NCBI GenBank assembly: GCA_024679065.1
Contig: JAGIQG010000009.1
Location: 66,340,001-66,404,000 of the forward strand
Reading direction: 5' to 3'
DNA length: 64,000 bases
Source: Sphyrna mokarran
Lineage: Eukaryota
The position numbers were made by a program, and so were the translations under genes. How positions within the stretch are numbered: the stretch's first letter is position 1; each line of letters starts with the position of its first letter. This document shows, piece by piece, positions 1 through 12,830 of the stretch. The notes below the pieces were generated by a model. The model ran no database searches. It was not told where the DNA came from and saw only the letters and a program-made list of their open reading frames with translations.

Positions 1-91
1 GGGGTTACAGGAATAGGGCCTGAGTGGGATAATGGTTGCTGCAGACTCAATGGACTGAATGGTCTCTTTTTGCATTGCAGGGATTCTATGA
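1..91 (+). mobile_element. HE1-type SINE, 3' part
   Basis: Tail gcagactcaatggactgaatggtctc...gggattctatga, shared with CR1 3' ends. Confidence 0.8.
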
Positions 92-566
92 AATTATCCA
101 AAGACAGGGAACACCAACAAATACCCTAAGCACTTTGCAAATCTGTTATAACGCTGCACTGAATCCCCATCTGTATGGTATCAAACTGAAATAAGACACG
201 ACCATTGTCCCCAGGAAATGACTCTCCATTTTACTCAGTAGCTAGGTCAGGCCCTGTTGCTGAATTTACAATGCAAGTTGAGCACTGCGGCAAAGATGCA
301 GTTGCCTCCCATCAACAAGCAATGACAACGTGCAAATACATTCTCAATAACATCTCGACAAATACTGTCACAAAATTCAAAGTAATTGATGCTCAATAAA
401 GGTATCTTGTAAAATAAAGATTTTACAATCCTGGTAAAAGTCTGAATGATACACAAATCAGAGACTGCTTTCTTTTGATTAGAATCCAAAACTGAATGGG
501 AATCATAGTTTCAAATACCTGGGACTGCTCTATGGATCCAATCCCTGCACATCATAATGCCAAAAT

Positions 567-850
567 GTACAGTGGTTAGCACTGCTGCCTCACATTGCCA
601 GAGACCTAGGTTCGATTCCCAGCTGTTTAAAGTGTCCTGTATCTGTGCAGAGCCTGTACATTCTCTTCATGTGCTCCGGTTTTCTCCCTCAGTCTGAAAG
701 AGGTGCAGATTTGGTACACTGGTACAATGTTAAATTCCTCAGTGTACCCAAACAGATGCCGAGTGGGGCATCTAGAGGATTTTCACACTAACTTCAATGC
801 AGTGTTAATGTAAGCTTACATGTGACACTAATAAATAAACATAAAACTTT
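567..850 (+). mobile_element. tRNA-derived SINE with alternative (type 2) tail
   Basis: Head cagtggttagcactgctgcctcac...ggttcgattccc (A/B boxes); tail aacttcaatgcagtgttaatgtaagcttacatgtgacactaataaataaac. Confidence 0.85.
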
Positions 851-1036
851 AAAAAAATTGCTTTAGTCCAGCCATGGGAACTAAAGCACTTGCAACAATA
901 TCAGATGCTGTGTGTGTCTGGACCTGTCCCTGTTAACAGGTCATGGACTGGAAGCTGGCCAAGTCTGAATGGATCAATGCCATTCTTCCAAGCATAAGGG
1001 GCTCGCAATCTGTAAGTTATCAGTTAGAAAGATTCT

Positions 1037-1320
1037 GAGTGGGATTTTCCATTCCCCCCTGGCCACCATAGTGACCAGTGGCGGAGGCGGCTCATCATTG
1101 GCCACCAGTAAGATCTTCCAGCTCTGTTAAGATCGACGGCCATTTGAGTTGCTCACCAGCCATGCTACTGGGAAAGTTACCTCGGGAACAGAGAGAAGGG
1201 CCGGGGATATCTTCAGCTGAACTGGAAGATCCACCTCTGGCTGAAACCCATCGCCTCGCCCACCCCGATTAAATGGAAATCTTTGTTGACCTCGGGCAGG
1301 ATTTTACAATCTCGCCCTCT
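1037..1320. mobile_element. MITE plus adjacent MITE fragment (TIR family)
   Basis: Termini gtgggattttcc / ggaagatccacc (ends ~1236); the downstream piece is the reverse complement of the 41664-41790 interior. Confidence 0.6.
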
Positions 1321-1702
1321 GTATTTTCTACATTTGCTAACTCACTAACACATTTAATGTGTTCATCTATTTTTTGATGTATTGCCATTTCTAATGTGGC
1401 TTACGGAGGTGCTACAAAATGAAAAAAAACTGAAGTAGGTCTGAGCAAAGATCAAGGAACCAAACATTTGTAATAAAGTACTGAGAGAAAAAAAGACACT
1501 TATTCCTGAAAGGTGGTCATGATGTAAAGACAAATTCTGAGCAAGCAGAATTGCTAGAAATTTTTTAGCTGGAGATTTATAACTTGGGAGCTGGGACTCT
1601 TTATAAGTAAAGAAATTGATCAATAACTGTTAAAAAATCAAGGCGATTTGAGTGCCTTGGGAGTATACTTCATTTGCACTGAAATTTTGCCATCTTACTT
1701 TA

Positions 1703-3305
1703 CAGCACGGTGGGACCGTGGTTAACACTCCTGCCTCAAAGCACCAGGGACCCGGGTTTAATTCTGACCTCAAGTGACTGTGTGGAGTTTAACCTTCTCT
1801 AGCTGTCTGTATGGATTTTCTCCAGGTGTCCAGTTTTCCTGCCACAATCTAAAGATGTGCAGCCAAAAGAGAAAATGCTGGAAAATCTCAGTTGTTCTGA
1901 CAGCATCTGTAAGGAGAGAAAAGAGCTGATGTTTCGAGTCCAGATGACCCTTTGTCAAACTAAAAGGCATTGAAAGTGGGAAGTATTTATACTATAAGAT
2001 AAGGGAATGAAAGAGCTACAGCCACAAAAACAAAGCAAAAGAGCACTAATGTTAGTCCATAGAGAGAGTAAAAGGTATGAATGGCCACATGGCAGAGAAG
2101 CTGAAATCAAAGGGTAAGATGACAGATGAAGATGTGGGGTGGGGTGGGGTGGGGGGAATGGGTGGAAAAGGTGGGGGGGGGAGGTAAGAAAAGGAGGGGT
2201 TAAAATAGAGAGGTGGGGGAAGAAACATAGAGAAACGACAATAAAAATGGTAGAGAACAGTTAAAAATGAAATGAAAAGAAAACAAAAAGGATAACAATG
2301 GGGTAGTGCTGGGGTGAAGCTCAACGCAAACTGGAGGAACAGCATCTCATCCTCCGGCTAGAAAATCTCAGCAAGTCTGGCAGCATCTGTGAGGAAAGAA
2401 AAGAGCTGATGTTTCAAGTCGAGATGGGAGATATTTATACTGCAGGGTGAGGGAATGAAAGATGAGTCATAGCCACAGAAACCAGGGAAGAAGACTCCGA
2501 ATGGCAATAAAAAGGTTGTGAATGGGCAAACAGCAGAAAAGCTAAAATCAGAGGGTCGACTGTGACAGATTAAAAAGTTTGGGTGGGGGGGCGGTGCTGG
2601 GGGGAGCCCTCCGGTCTTAACACCAAATTCAACAGCTTCAGACAATTCGCTCGACCCCACTTTGACCATTTTGTTTTCATTTCATTTTTAAACTGTTCTC
2701 TATCTTTTATTTCTTTATGTTTCTCCTCTCTTCCCCTATTTCATTCCCCCTTTGCCTCAATTTTACCTCTTTCCACATCATCCCTGCCTCGCTATCTTCC
2801 TCTGTCACAGTTGACCCTCTGATTTTAGCTTCTCTGCTGTTTGCCCATTCACACCTCTTATTGCCATTCGGAGTCTTTTCCCCTGGTTTCTGTGGCTGTG
2901 ACTCATCTTTCATTCCCTCACTCTGCAGTGTAAGTATCTCCCATTTCCTGTGTCTTTTAGCTTTGGCAAAGGGTCATCTCGACTTGAAACGTCAGCTCTT
3001 TCCTTTCCTCACAGATGCTGCCAGACCTGCTGAGACTTTCCAGCGTTTTCTCTTTTGGTTTCAGAGTCCAGCATCTGCAGCAAATCGCTTTTAACTAAAG
3101 ATGTGTGGGTTAGGTTGATTGGCTGTGCTAGATTGGCCATGCTAAATTACGGTCCAAAAATGTGCAGGTTAGGTGGATGAGCCATGGGAAATGTGTGGAA
3201 TACAGGATAGGGTGGAAAAGGGCTCTGTGCGGGATGTTCATTTGGAGAGTTAGTGCAGACTCCACGGGCCTGGTGGCCTCTTCCTGCACAGTAGGAATTC
3301 TTTGG
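1703..3305 (+). mobile_element. HE1-type SINE split by a Penelope insertion (5' part 1703-1860, 3' part 3095-3305)
   Basis: Head and tail are collinear across the insert; ctaaagatgtg duplicated at 1849-1859 and 3095-3105. Confidence 0.85.
1861..3094. mobile_element. Penelope-like element 3' end with inverted pLTR copies
   Basis: + strand GIY-YIG C-terminal peptides GEAQRKLEEQHLILRL (2311-2360) and PSGLNTKFNSFR (~2607-2642); - strand pLTR copies at 1863-2310 and 2358-2600; decayed hammerhead motifs. Confidence 0.85.
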
Positions 3306-5539
3306 TTATAAGCTGTGTAATTGCTTTATAACTGATTTACATATCTTTGGCTGCAACTACACAGGCAATTCCAGGCCCACTGGACTGTTTTTCAGACTTC
3401 AGTATAGAGAAACGAATAGGTAGGAATTACTTACCTATTAAAGGTAGATCCATTCATACCATAGGGTTATGCAAACATAACTGGTTTATCTATGATTTAA
3501 ACATTAAAAGCTCATACTTGAACATATACTGATCAAGCAATAGAGAAATATTGGCATTTAAAAGTTGGAAAAAACAAGGTATATTTTCCCCAGTGGATGT
3601 GTGCATTGCTGGATTGTCTATAACTTTATATGGGATGCTGGGTTTGACAGGAAACAGTAACTCCTGACTAACGTTTTATAGCGCAGCACTTTACTGAGAA
3701 TGAATGAGTCGGAGCTAAGTAGGAAACATCCCAGGAAAGTGTTGTCTTGCTTTATTCAACAAATTCTCCAACAAAATTATCCTGAATTTACTCAAGAACA
3801 TTTTTTTTAAAGCAAGAGGCAATGAAAACAAATTAAATTTTGGGATGGCTGGAATCTATCTAACGCATTAATTCCGACTCTTGCGTATATTTCCATTCGT
3901 AATTTCATCCTTCATGGGAAAGTAACCTTCTCACAAATGGCAGGAATTTCCTGTATACTAACCCACAAATCTGTCACCTTTAATTTAATTAATTGTAGAC
4001 CATAAATAAAGTGCTGGTTAAAACCCATGTTACTAATGGCAAACAAAGTGAATTTCCATATGTTAAAACTTTGCCTATGGTGCAAAGTGGCAATTTCTCG
4101 ACAAACAGGAAGGGCGAAAAGCTTCCTTTTTTTGTGCAGGGACGGCACTGATAACTGGCTAGTTTTGTTTCAGTTCCACTGGGGAGTAGACTGTACTGAC
4201 CACCCACAGGGAATGAATAAATCCATCATGCTCAGTGCTAAGATGGTCAAGGTCATCATCGCATCCCCATTCAAATTGCACTCCGGCAAGTTTAAAATGG
4301 ATGAGGCTTTTTAAAAAAAACTAATCAGAAATGACAAACGTCACCCATCATTATTCATTGCAAGTCTCAGATGACAGATGGAGATTACAGATTCACACTG
4401 GTGGCATTTCACCCTTGGTCACTTAGTCATCTCCCAATTAGTTTTGAGTGATATTTGAGCCAAAAGGTAACACTTGCTTTTGATAAACATTAAAAAAAAA
4501 TTAGTGTTTCATTCAATATTAGCAGCAAGTTACATTTCATTAGTTGCATACTCTCTACAGGTTTCTCTTGCCTGTTATCACACACCAGCGTTCCAACAGC
4601 AACCTGCTCCAGATCTCAGTCAATACCATGCTATTCAATATTTCCCAGGAGATTGTAGAAGGATTTAAGGTGATTTGTCTTTCTAAATTCCCTTCCCCTC
4701 CCTCGTGAAAATTTCACATTCCCTCAATAAGTCATCTATCAGCCATTCTGTGTGATCCTGGACGATGAGAATCAATAAGTTAACTGATTGGGAAGGTATC
4801 ATCGTGCCTTTCCAAGTCCTATGTCTGAATTTGCATCACCAAATTGGGAAAACTCCTGAATCAACAATTCTGACTCAAGAGGAAGTGTCCTGGATGGTCT
4901 GATTTCTAGGGGGTTGGTGTGTTAACAGGTTTCAGGTCCACCGCCCCAGAGTCAGCAACTGGAGATGTAGGTGTGGTGGTGGCAGACTGTGTGAAGGGCC
5001 CACCCAGAAGATCTGCAACTTGGAACGAGCTGTAAAAAAAATGCAAAAAGCAACCCTACAGCCTACACCACTACTACCCCCTCAGCTCCCACACACAAAC
5101 CCCATGATCCATCGTACCCAAGAAGTTACTTCATGCTCCCTACCCACTCTCCATGGCCTTTCATATCCCATATGCCAACCGATGTCCCTCTACCTTCCCC
5201 TTTTATAGGTCTTCAGAGCCTCCATGCCAACTTACTGCCAAGTCATGCCCCCCATGGACAACCCTTTGTCCTTACACCCTCAATACCAACAGCATCCACC
5301 ATGAGCAAATCTTAGGATACATACCGAGATAAAATAAAATATATTCTTATGTCTGGGGCAGGTAACTTCCCAGTGTGGCAATTAGCATTGAAGTGCTACT
5401 CTGTGCTCAATTGTTTCTGTGAATTGTTTTCCAATCAGATTAGTTAAAAGTCTCATTGCAATTTAAAGTGCTCTGACAGACCAGGGAGAAGGTAGGTGTC
5501 CGAGGTAAATGGATGGGATTTGGAGCAGTCGGGTAATTG

Positions 5540-5878
5540 GAGGCCAGTGGATAACATGACTGCCTCACAGCACCAGGGACCAGAATTCAATTCCGGCCTT
5601 GGATGACTGTGTGACATTTGCATGTCCTTCCTGTATCTGCATGGGTTTCCTTTGGATGCTCTGGTTTCCTCCCACAGTCCAAAAATGTGCAGGTTAGGTG
5701 GATTTACAATGGTAAATTGTTCCTTAGTGTCCCAAGGTACGTAGATTAGGGGGATTAACAAGATAAATATGTGGGAGTAACAGGGATAGGGGGAAGGTGA
5801 AATGATCTGTTGGAAAGTTGGTAGAGAGATGATGAGTCAAATGGCCTCCTTCTGTACTGCAGGGATTCTATGATTCCA
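5540..5878 (+). mobile_element. HE1-type SINE
   Basis: tRNA-like head, central domain, tail atggcctccttctgtactgcagggattctatgattc. Confidence 0.85.
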
Positions 5879-5879
5879 T

Positions 5880-6150
5880 AGCCATTGCCATCGGCACTTG
5901 TGTGGTTTGAATGTTACTTGCCACTTGTCAGCCCAAGCTTGGACATTGTCCAGATCTTGCTGCATTTGGGCATGAACTGCTTCAGCGTCTGAGTAGTTGG
6001 AATAGAGCTGAATATCTGCGAACATCCCCACTTCTGATGTTTCAATGAAAGAGAGGTCAGTAAGGAAGCAGCTGAAGATGGTTAGGCCTAGGACACTACT
6101 CTCAGCAACTCTTGCAGTGACGTCCTGGAGCTGAGATGATTGCCTGCCCC
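5880..6150 (-). mobile_element. CR1-clade LINE RT fragment
   Basis: MFAD...MQQDLDNVQAWADKWQVTFKPHKC; same family as 30350-31170. Confidence 0.8.
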
Positions 6151-6159
6151 ACTGGTCCC

Positions 6160-6885
6160 AGTTAGACTCCCGATAAGTACCCAAATTGGCCACTTAATAT
6201 AATCAGCAGGTTTGAAGCCTGATTCAAATACTTCCCACTATTCTGGGCAGCAGCAGATGGGAACATGGCCATTGGATCTACATCCTTCACTCCCGCTCCT
6301 ACACTAGGGGCCTGAGGTGCCAGACCAGGATGTCAGTTCCAGTGCACCATGGGCACTGCCAAGGCACGTGCAGGGGTGCCGAGGGCTTGAATGGGGAGAG
6401 TGGGTCTGAAGGGAGAGGGGGGCCTTAAGGGAAAGATAGCCTAAGTGGAGAGGGGCTGGGTTTGGAGGGTTTGAGGGGGAAGGGAGGCTGAGGAGGAAGG
6501 GAGCTGAGTGGAGGGCCTTGGAAAGGGGGGGGGGTTGAGTGGGGTTCTTGGAGAAAGGGGGAGCTGAGTGGGATCCAAGTGGTGAAGGGAGCTCAGGTCA
6601 CCCTCATGTCTCTATAGTGTGTGGGGGTGCAGTGACCCATTATGTGGTTGTGGGGGAGAGGAATGTCCCTCTTTAGTGTAGGGGCTGGTGATGCCCACGG
6701 CCAGTGGGAAGGGCACCATTTTACTTTTGGGTGAGGGGAGCCTGTGAGGAACAGCAGATGGCTCAAAATGAGCTCATTGGCATCTTACAGATGGGTGAAT
6801 GCCACCTGACAGAGACTACCAACATCAGCAGGTAACACTCACATTTTCCTTCCAGCACTTAGTCTCAATTTGGGAGAATTGCAGC
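6160..6885. mobile_element. Large GC-rich MITE-like DNA element
   Basis: Right end gggagaattgcagc resembles the 49414-49428 terminus; G-rich interior with ggcactgcc motifs like 48381-49428. Confidence 0.45.
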
Positions 6886-7319
6886 TGAAATTTTAAAAAA
6901 ATAGGAAAGGCTGCAAATACTCAGCGGATCTGGCAGCATCTATGGGGAGAGAACGCCACAAATGCTGCTATTCCCATTGAGTATTACACAACACTTTCTG
7001 TTTTTGGTTCACTGTCCTTAGCAGTCAGGTTTTCACTTTCTTGTTCAGGTTACAGCAATTGGTTAAATCTTCCTTCACTTCACTAACCAGTGACAGGAAG
7101 AGTTAGGTGTTAATGAAAGCAATAAGGATTTCAGATTACCTTTCACTGCACAAAGTAAATCAAATATTGTGCTAACAGTTTTCTTGCTATATCTTTCATC
7201 TCCTGCGTATAATGTTTTTTGCAAGTACACTTGACAAATCATTTTACGCTTTTGCACAATCTGATGCTATAGAAATTGCCACAAAGAGCTGACGGGGAGA
7301 AATAGGGTAGACAACTTGG

Positions 7320-7600
7320 ACTAGTACAGTGGTTAGCACTGCTGCCTCACAGTGCCAGATACCCGGGTAACTGTCTGTGTGGAATTTGCACATTCTCCTT
7401 GTGTTTGTGGGGATTTCCTCCTGGTGCTCCAATTTCCTCCCACAGTCCAAAGATGTGCGGGTTAGGCAGATTGACCATGCTAAATTATCCCTTATTGTCA
7501 GGGGAATTAGTAGGGTAAATTAATAAGGTTATGGGGATAGGGCCTGAGTGGCATTGTTGTCGTTGCAGACTTGATGGGCCAAAAGGCTTATTTCTATGAA
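7320..7600 (+). mobile_element. HE1-type SINE
   Basis: cagtggttagcactgctgcctcacagtgccag head; gcagacttgatgggccaaa tail. Confidence 0.85.
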
Positions 7601-7699
7601 CTCATTTGCTGCTCCCAACAGAAACACTGCCCCTTAACTACCAATCCATCACTCTTCCTGCCTACTGTCTGAGGCCAAGCCAAATTGCTCACAACCTAT

Positions 7700-8170
7700 T
7701 TGTTCCTAAACCACACTTCCAATCCCTCATTCTCCATTGCCATGGCTACCTACTTCACTTTCCTAGTATTATCTCTCTCTGGCCCAGTTTCACACCACCT
7801 GCTGCTAAACAACAGACCAATAGTATATCCCAACTTGTTTAATACAATGCCTGTTGGGTTACTGCACCATCTTCCATTCTGTGTAAACTTCAACTCATCC
7901 AAACTCCGCTGCCCGCATCTTAACTCACACCAAGTATTGTTCACCCCACAATACCCGCTGCTTTCTGTGTGTTCACTGATTTACGCTGGCCATTAGTTAA
8001 GCAATCTCTTAAATTTCAGATTCTCATCCATTTCCAAGTTCCTCTATGACCTTTGCCCTCCCTGTCTCATTCCAATCTGTCGCCCTCTGGGAATATTCCA
8101 TCCCTCCAATTCTCTAGGATTTTCCTGATTACCTCTGCCCCTTCCATTGGCAGCCATGCCTTCAGCTATT
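7700..8170 (+). mobile_element. L2 LINE 3' fragment, decayed
   Basis: LQLIQNSAARILTHTK-like and DLRW remnants; cagccatgccttcagc near the end. Confidence 0.65.
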
Positions 8171-8172
8171 CA

Positions 8173-8400
8173 AGGTGGCATGATGGCACATTGGTTAGCA
8201 GTGCTGCCTCCAGCACCAGGGATCTGAGTTCAATTCTGGTCATGGGTGCTCTGGTTTCCTCCCAAAGATGAGTGAGTTAGGTGGATTGGCTATGCTAAAC
8301 TGTCCCTTAGTGTAGGCGGACTAGCTAGGGTAAATAGATGGGATTGTGGATTGAAGACTCGATGGGTTGAATGGCCTCCTTCTGCACTGAAGGGATTTTG
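8173..8400 (+). mobile_element. HE1-type SINE, internally deleted
   Basis: Head ggcacattggttagcagtgctgcctc; tail gactcgatgggttgaatggcctccttctgcactg. Confidence 0.8.
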
Positions 8401-8519
8401 TAATGCTCCTGCCCCTCTGCAATTGTTTGCTGTTCCTGCATGTTAAACTTTCACATTCCTTGTATGCGTAGAATTTGGACATACTCAAACCCTAAGTGAT
8501 ATCATAATCTTCTGTGAGT

Positions 8520-9080
8520 CCATTTGTGAAGGATCAACATGGACATCCACAGAATTGGCAGTTAATGATTTTATTGCTGCTTAGAAGAACCTCTGTAACT
8601 GTGCCACCTCAGGGCACATTGGCCATTATTATACTATTGGCATAGATGGTCCTCAAAACATCAGTGCTTGGCCTCACGTAGATCGATCAGGTGTGGTGCA
8701 AGAGAAGTGGTCTGCAATGCAAAACAGTGAAAGGCACTTTCTTAAGGGTGTCTTTGTATCACTTGTACCAAGCATCTTGATGCTTCTTACCCCCCCAAGA
8801 TAGTTCCCCTTCAGCAGACCTGCTTGGGAATTCTATAACCATCCATGTAGGAGACATGGTTTGTCCATCCAGATTGAATTTTCTGTCATGTCAGTATGAT
8901 GAAGGACTGCATTATTTGTGATATCACATCCTCATAACGGGCTTTGGTGAAAGAGTTCCAGAGCTTTGAGGTGGTGCCAACAGCAGACTCAGGATTCTGT
9001 ACTGTACCACAGGCTGGTAAGGAAAGTGGCCTGGTGGAGTTTGATTTTAGTTTTCAGCTTAATGCTACCTTCAGGCTATG
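8520..9080 (-). mobile_element. RTE-clade LINE 3' fragment, decayed
   Basis: - strand peptides HLKALELFHQ, GWTNHVSYMDGYRIPKQ, YKDTLK match the RTE ORF C-terminus. Confidence 0.7.
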
Positions 9081-9714
9081 GAATTGGCCAATGTGTTTTC
9101 TGGATGCGTGCATGAATATCTGCATCAATACGCATATTGTTCACCCAAGTCTCTCTGAATATCAGCACTTAAGATTCACATCTTTTAGAAAATATTCTGC
9201 TTTTCTATTCTCATTACATAAAGTGAATAAGTTCACAATTCCCCACATTATACTCCTTCTGCCGCACTCACTTAACCTGTCTAAATATAGCTCTGCTTTA
9301 CAAAACCACTTCTTGTGTTCTATCAAATCATGGATCTTAAATTTTATCCTTACTCTGTGGATCAATGCTCAAGGCCTTCCTGTTCCAGGCTGGAACATTG
9401 TTTGAATAAAAAATGCAGCCATTTCTCACCACAGAACAAAGGGCCAAGGCTGACCATTAGAGCAACCCAACAAATAAGCAGTGTATTCCAGCATGTCAAA
9501 TTACTATAAAATAATGCACAAATAGGCTGCCAATTTATATATAGTAAACATCAAGAATATATGCACAGTGTCTTGGAAACGAGCATACACATGATTATTG
9601 AGTTAATGAAAGGGAAAGATTTCCTTTTATAAAGTTCTTTCATGACCACCGGATGTCTCAAAGTGTCTCCCAGTCAAAAAATACTCTTGTTATGTTGTCA
9701 CTACTATATTATGT

Positions 9715-9998
9715 GGGTGGCACAATGGCAAAGTGGTTAGCACTGCTGCCTCAAAGCGTCAGGGACCTAGATTCGATTCTTCACTTGGGTCACTGTCTGT
9801 GTGGAGTTTGTATGTTCTCCCCATGTCTGCGTGGATTTCTTCCAGGTGCTCTGGTTTCTTTCTACATTCTGAAAGACATGCTGGTTAGGTGCATTGACCT
9901 GAACAGGCAGTGTTGGGTGGCGATTAGGGGACTTTCACAGTTAACTTCATTGCAGTTTTAATGCAAGCCTTACTAGCAACTAATAAATAAACTTTACT
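9715..9998 (+). mobile_element. tRNA-derived SINE, type 2 tail
   Basis: Head aagtggttagcactgctgcc; tail aacttcattgcagttttaatgcaagcctt...taataaataaacttt. Confidence 0.85.
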
Positions 9999-10152
9999 TT
10001 AACATGGCTGCCCATTTGCAGATAACCAGCTCCCACTGCAACAATGTGATAATAGCCAGATAATCTGTGTCAGGAATGTTGACGAAGGGACAAATATTGG
10101 CCAGGTCATTAGGAATGACTCCCTTGCTCTTCTGCGAAACAATGCCATGGCA

Positions 10153-11013
10153 TCTTTCATATGAAGATGGGTAGGAGAAGAAGTTGTGAGGAGGATACGA
10201 AACATCAGGGAAAGGAAACCGGTAGGTTCAGCGAGTAGGAAAAAAACTGGCAGTATAATGTGATATGGTCACGTTAGAATAAAAAAAGCAACATACCATT
10301 TAAATGCAGAGTGCACAATGCTGTGGGACAGAGGGATCTGGGCGTCTGCGGACTGGAATCACAGAACTGCCCAATGGAGATACAGCAAGTGATTAGGAAG
10401 GCGAATGGAACATTGGCCTACATCAGAAAGGGAATGAAGTATAAAAATAAGGACGTTTTAAATTCCTGTCCCAGGAATTTGTGAGACCCCACTTGGAGTT
10501 CTGTGAATAATTTTGGTCTCCTTTCATAAGGACGGACATACTTGCATTAAAAGAAGGTCAGAGAAAACTCAGTAGGCATATTCTTAGGATCGAGGAGTTT
10601 TCTTAGGAGGAAAGGTTGGGCATGATGGAGTTTTTGAATTCAGATCTCACTGAGACATACAATCTCCTGCAGGATGTTTTGACAAGGTTAATGCTGAGGG
10701 AATGTTTTCTCTGGAATCTAGAAGGGAGGTCACATTTCAAAAAGAAATGACCTCTCAATTATGATGGAGATGCAGAGAAATTTCTTCTCTCTGAGGGTTC
10801 ATCTTCAGAATTCTTCTTCCCAGCAAGCAGTAAAGGCTGGATCATTGAATATATTCAAAACTGAATTAAATAGGTTTCACCAACAAGGAAATTGAAAATT
10901 ATTAGAAGGGGGAGCAAAGGGAGTCATAGCCACACTCAGATCAGCCATGACCTCTGGTGGAATAGGCTCGATGGGCTGAATGGTCTAGTCCTGCTCCTAT
11001 TTCTTATGATCTT
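10153..11013 (+). mobile_element. Old CR1 LINE 3' fragment
   Basis: VRPHLEF-like remnant gtgagaccccacttggagtt; tail gggctgaatggtctagtcctgctcctatttcttatg. Confidence 0.75.
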
Positions 11014-12299
11014 TACATGCACCTGAGCAGGCAGTTGGGGACTCAGTTTAATATCTCATCGAATGACCAACATGTCCAACAGCACTGGAGTGCCAACCCA
11101 CACCATTGTGTGAGAATATGTTATCAATATTGCATCAGTGTTGCCAAAGACTCAGGTATTGATCAGAGAGACAAAGTGTGTGAAAAACCAGTGTATCATT
11201 TCCGAACTGAAACTATTCTATCTGAATAATTAAGTGGGAAAATGTTTATCAGTTTCCCTCGTTCTCTCTGTAATCTGTTTGCTAGGTTTCTCCACATAAA
11301 TAAGGATGCACGGATCTGCAGGAGTTCACAGCAGTGAATGATTCCAAAGGTTTTGTTGAATAATTAATAGCACTAAGTAATGATGCTCTAAGGGATCCAT
11401 CTCTCAAATAAATTATTTGAAGGAACACGTACAATTGTTCTTTCAGCTATTAAGCATACGTTCCCGAATTTCCTTGCCAAATCCATTTAAATGTTACTTT
11501 TCTCACTGCTTTTCCTGGAATCCTGCCTATTCTCAGCTATTGCTTCCGAACTGAGTTACCGGGATTGCAAATTCTCCGGGATGATCCTGGAGCCTCCAAG
11601 CAGGAAAGATCAAGCTGCTGAATATAATTTTGACCAACCCAGGAGAGGAAAACCTCTGAGGCATTGAAGAAATTCTGCCTCCCCTTTTCATTTGCTTCTG
11701 AGCATTCAGCTTACAGAAACATTGCGGATGTGAAACAAGGTTGTCAGACTGGACCAACCCATCGGGGGCCGGAGATCACATCAGGAAACCTCCAGCAATG
11801 CATCCTACAAGCTCCTTGGAGACTCCCAACTGCTTCTTCAAAGAGTCTGCAGCGAGGTCTCTTCCTCAAAGCTCAGGGAAGGGATCCTGTATAGAAGCCC
11901 CTGAGGTTATTTCCACTCTGGGCTCCAGGGGAAAAATAAATCATTCAAGCACTGTGCTTACAGTCTAAATTATCTAAAAGACACTGCAATTACTGGCAAA
12001 CATGATCAATGCAGAAAGATTCGAAAATAAACGGCTCAAAAAGGTAGTACATTTTGTCAAGAAGTTTTTCTCCACAGAAAATCTCAGAACACAAGGCACA
12101 GGAACATATCTGGTAATAGTCAACCAGCTATTAACTGTTAACAAAGTCCAAGTTAGGGTGTATGAAGCTAACTTCATTTTGATTTCTTTTATGTACAGAG
12201 ATGGAGAATACACCAGATACCAGTCCCATCTTAAGCAGAGCTGTAAATGACACATTCGATTACTACTCAGGCCCAACTTTCTTTAAAAGAAATGAAAAT

Positions 12300-12602
12300 G
12301 GGTGGCACAGTGCTGCTCACAGTGCCAGGGACCCAGGTTCAATTCCCAGCTTGGGTCACTGTCTGTGCAGAGTCTGCACATTCTCCCCATGTCTGGTGGG
12401 CTTCCTCCAGATTCCCTTCCACAGTCCAACAATGTGCAGATTAGGTGTATTGGTCATATAAATTGCCCCTTAGCGTCAGGGGATTAGCAGGGTAAATGCA
12501 TTGAGTTATGGGGATAGCGCTTAGCTGAGGTTGTGGTTGGTGCAGACTTGATGGACCAAATGGTCTCCTTCTGCATTTAGAATTTCTAAGGTTCTATGAT
12601 TC
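12300..12602 (+). mobile_element. HE1-type SINE
   Basis: Head and CR1-type tail. Confidence 0.85.
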
Positions 12603-12679
12603 ATCCTTGCTCAGAAGCACAATAGCAAAATTTAATGGAATGTGTTGAATTGAAACAGCAGCAAAGTCTGTGTACAGTT

Positions 12680-12830
12680 ACTTAGTAGCATTGCCTCTGA
12701 GTCAGGAGGTTGTGGGTTTAAGTTCCAATCCAAAGCCTTAAGCAAATCATCTGGACTACACTGTCACTCCAGTGCAGTACCGCACTGGAGTACTGCTGCA
12801 CTGTCAAAAGTACCATCTTGTGGATGAAAC
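12680..12830 (+). mobile_element. Deu-type SINE tRNA head
   Basis: gcctctgagtcaggaggttgtgggtttaagttcc...ctgcactgtc. Confidence 0.6.

Larger units (their letters stand above)
9620..11100 (-). mobile_element. Deu-domain SINE (SacSINE1/AmnSINE1-like), interrupted twice
   Basis: Pieces at 9620-9710, 10000-10152 (atattggccaggtcattaggaatgactcccttgctcttc) and 11014-11100. Confidence 0.6.

Noticed and set aside
4027-4314. FQFHWG resembling carbonic anhydrase QFHFHWG after a possible splice acceptor
   Set aside because: One zinc-binding His and the following GSEH motif are absent; likely chance
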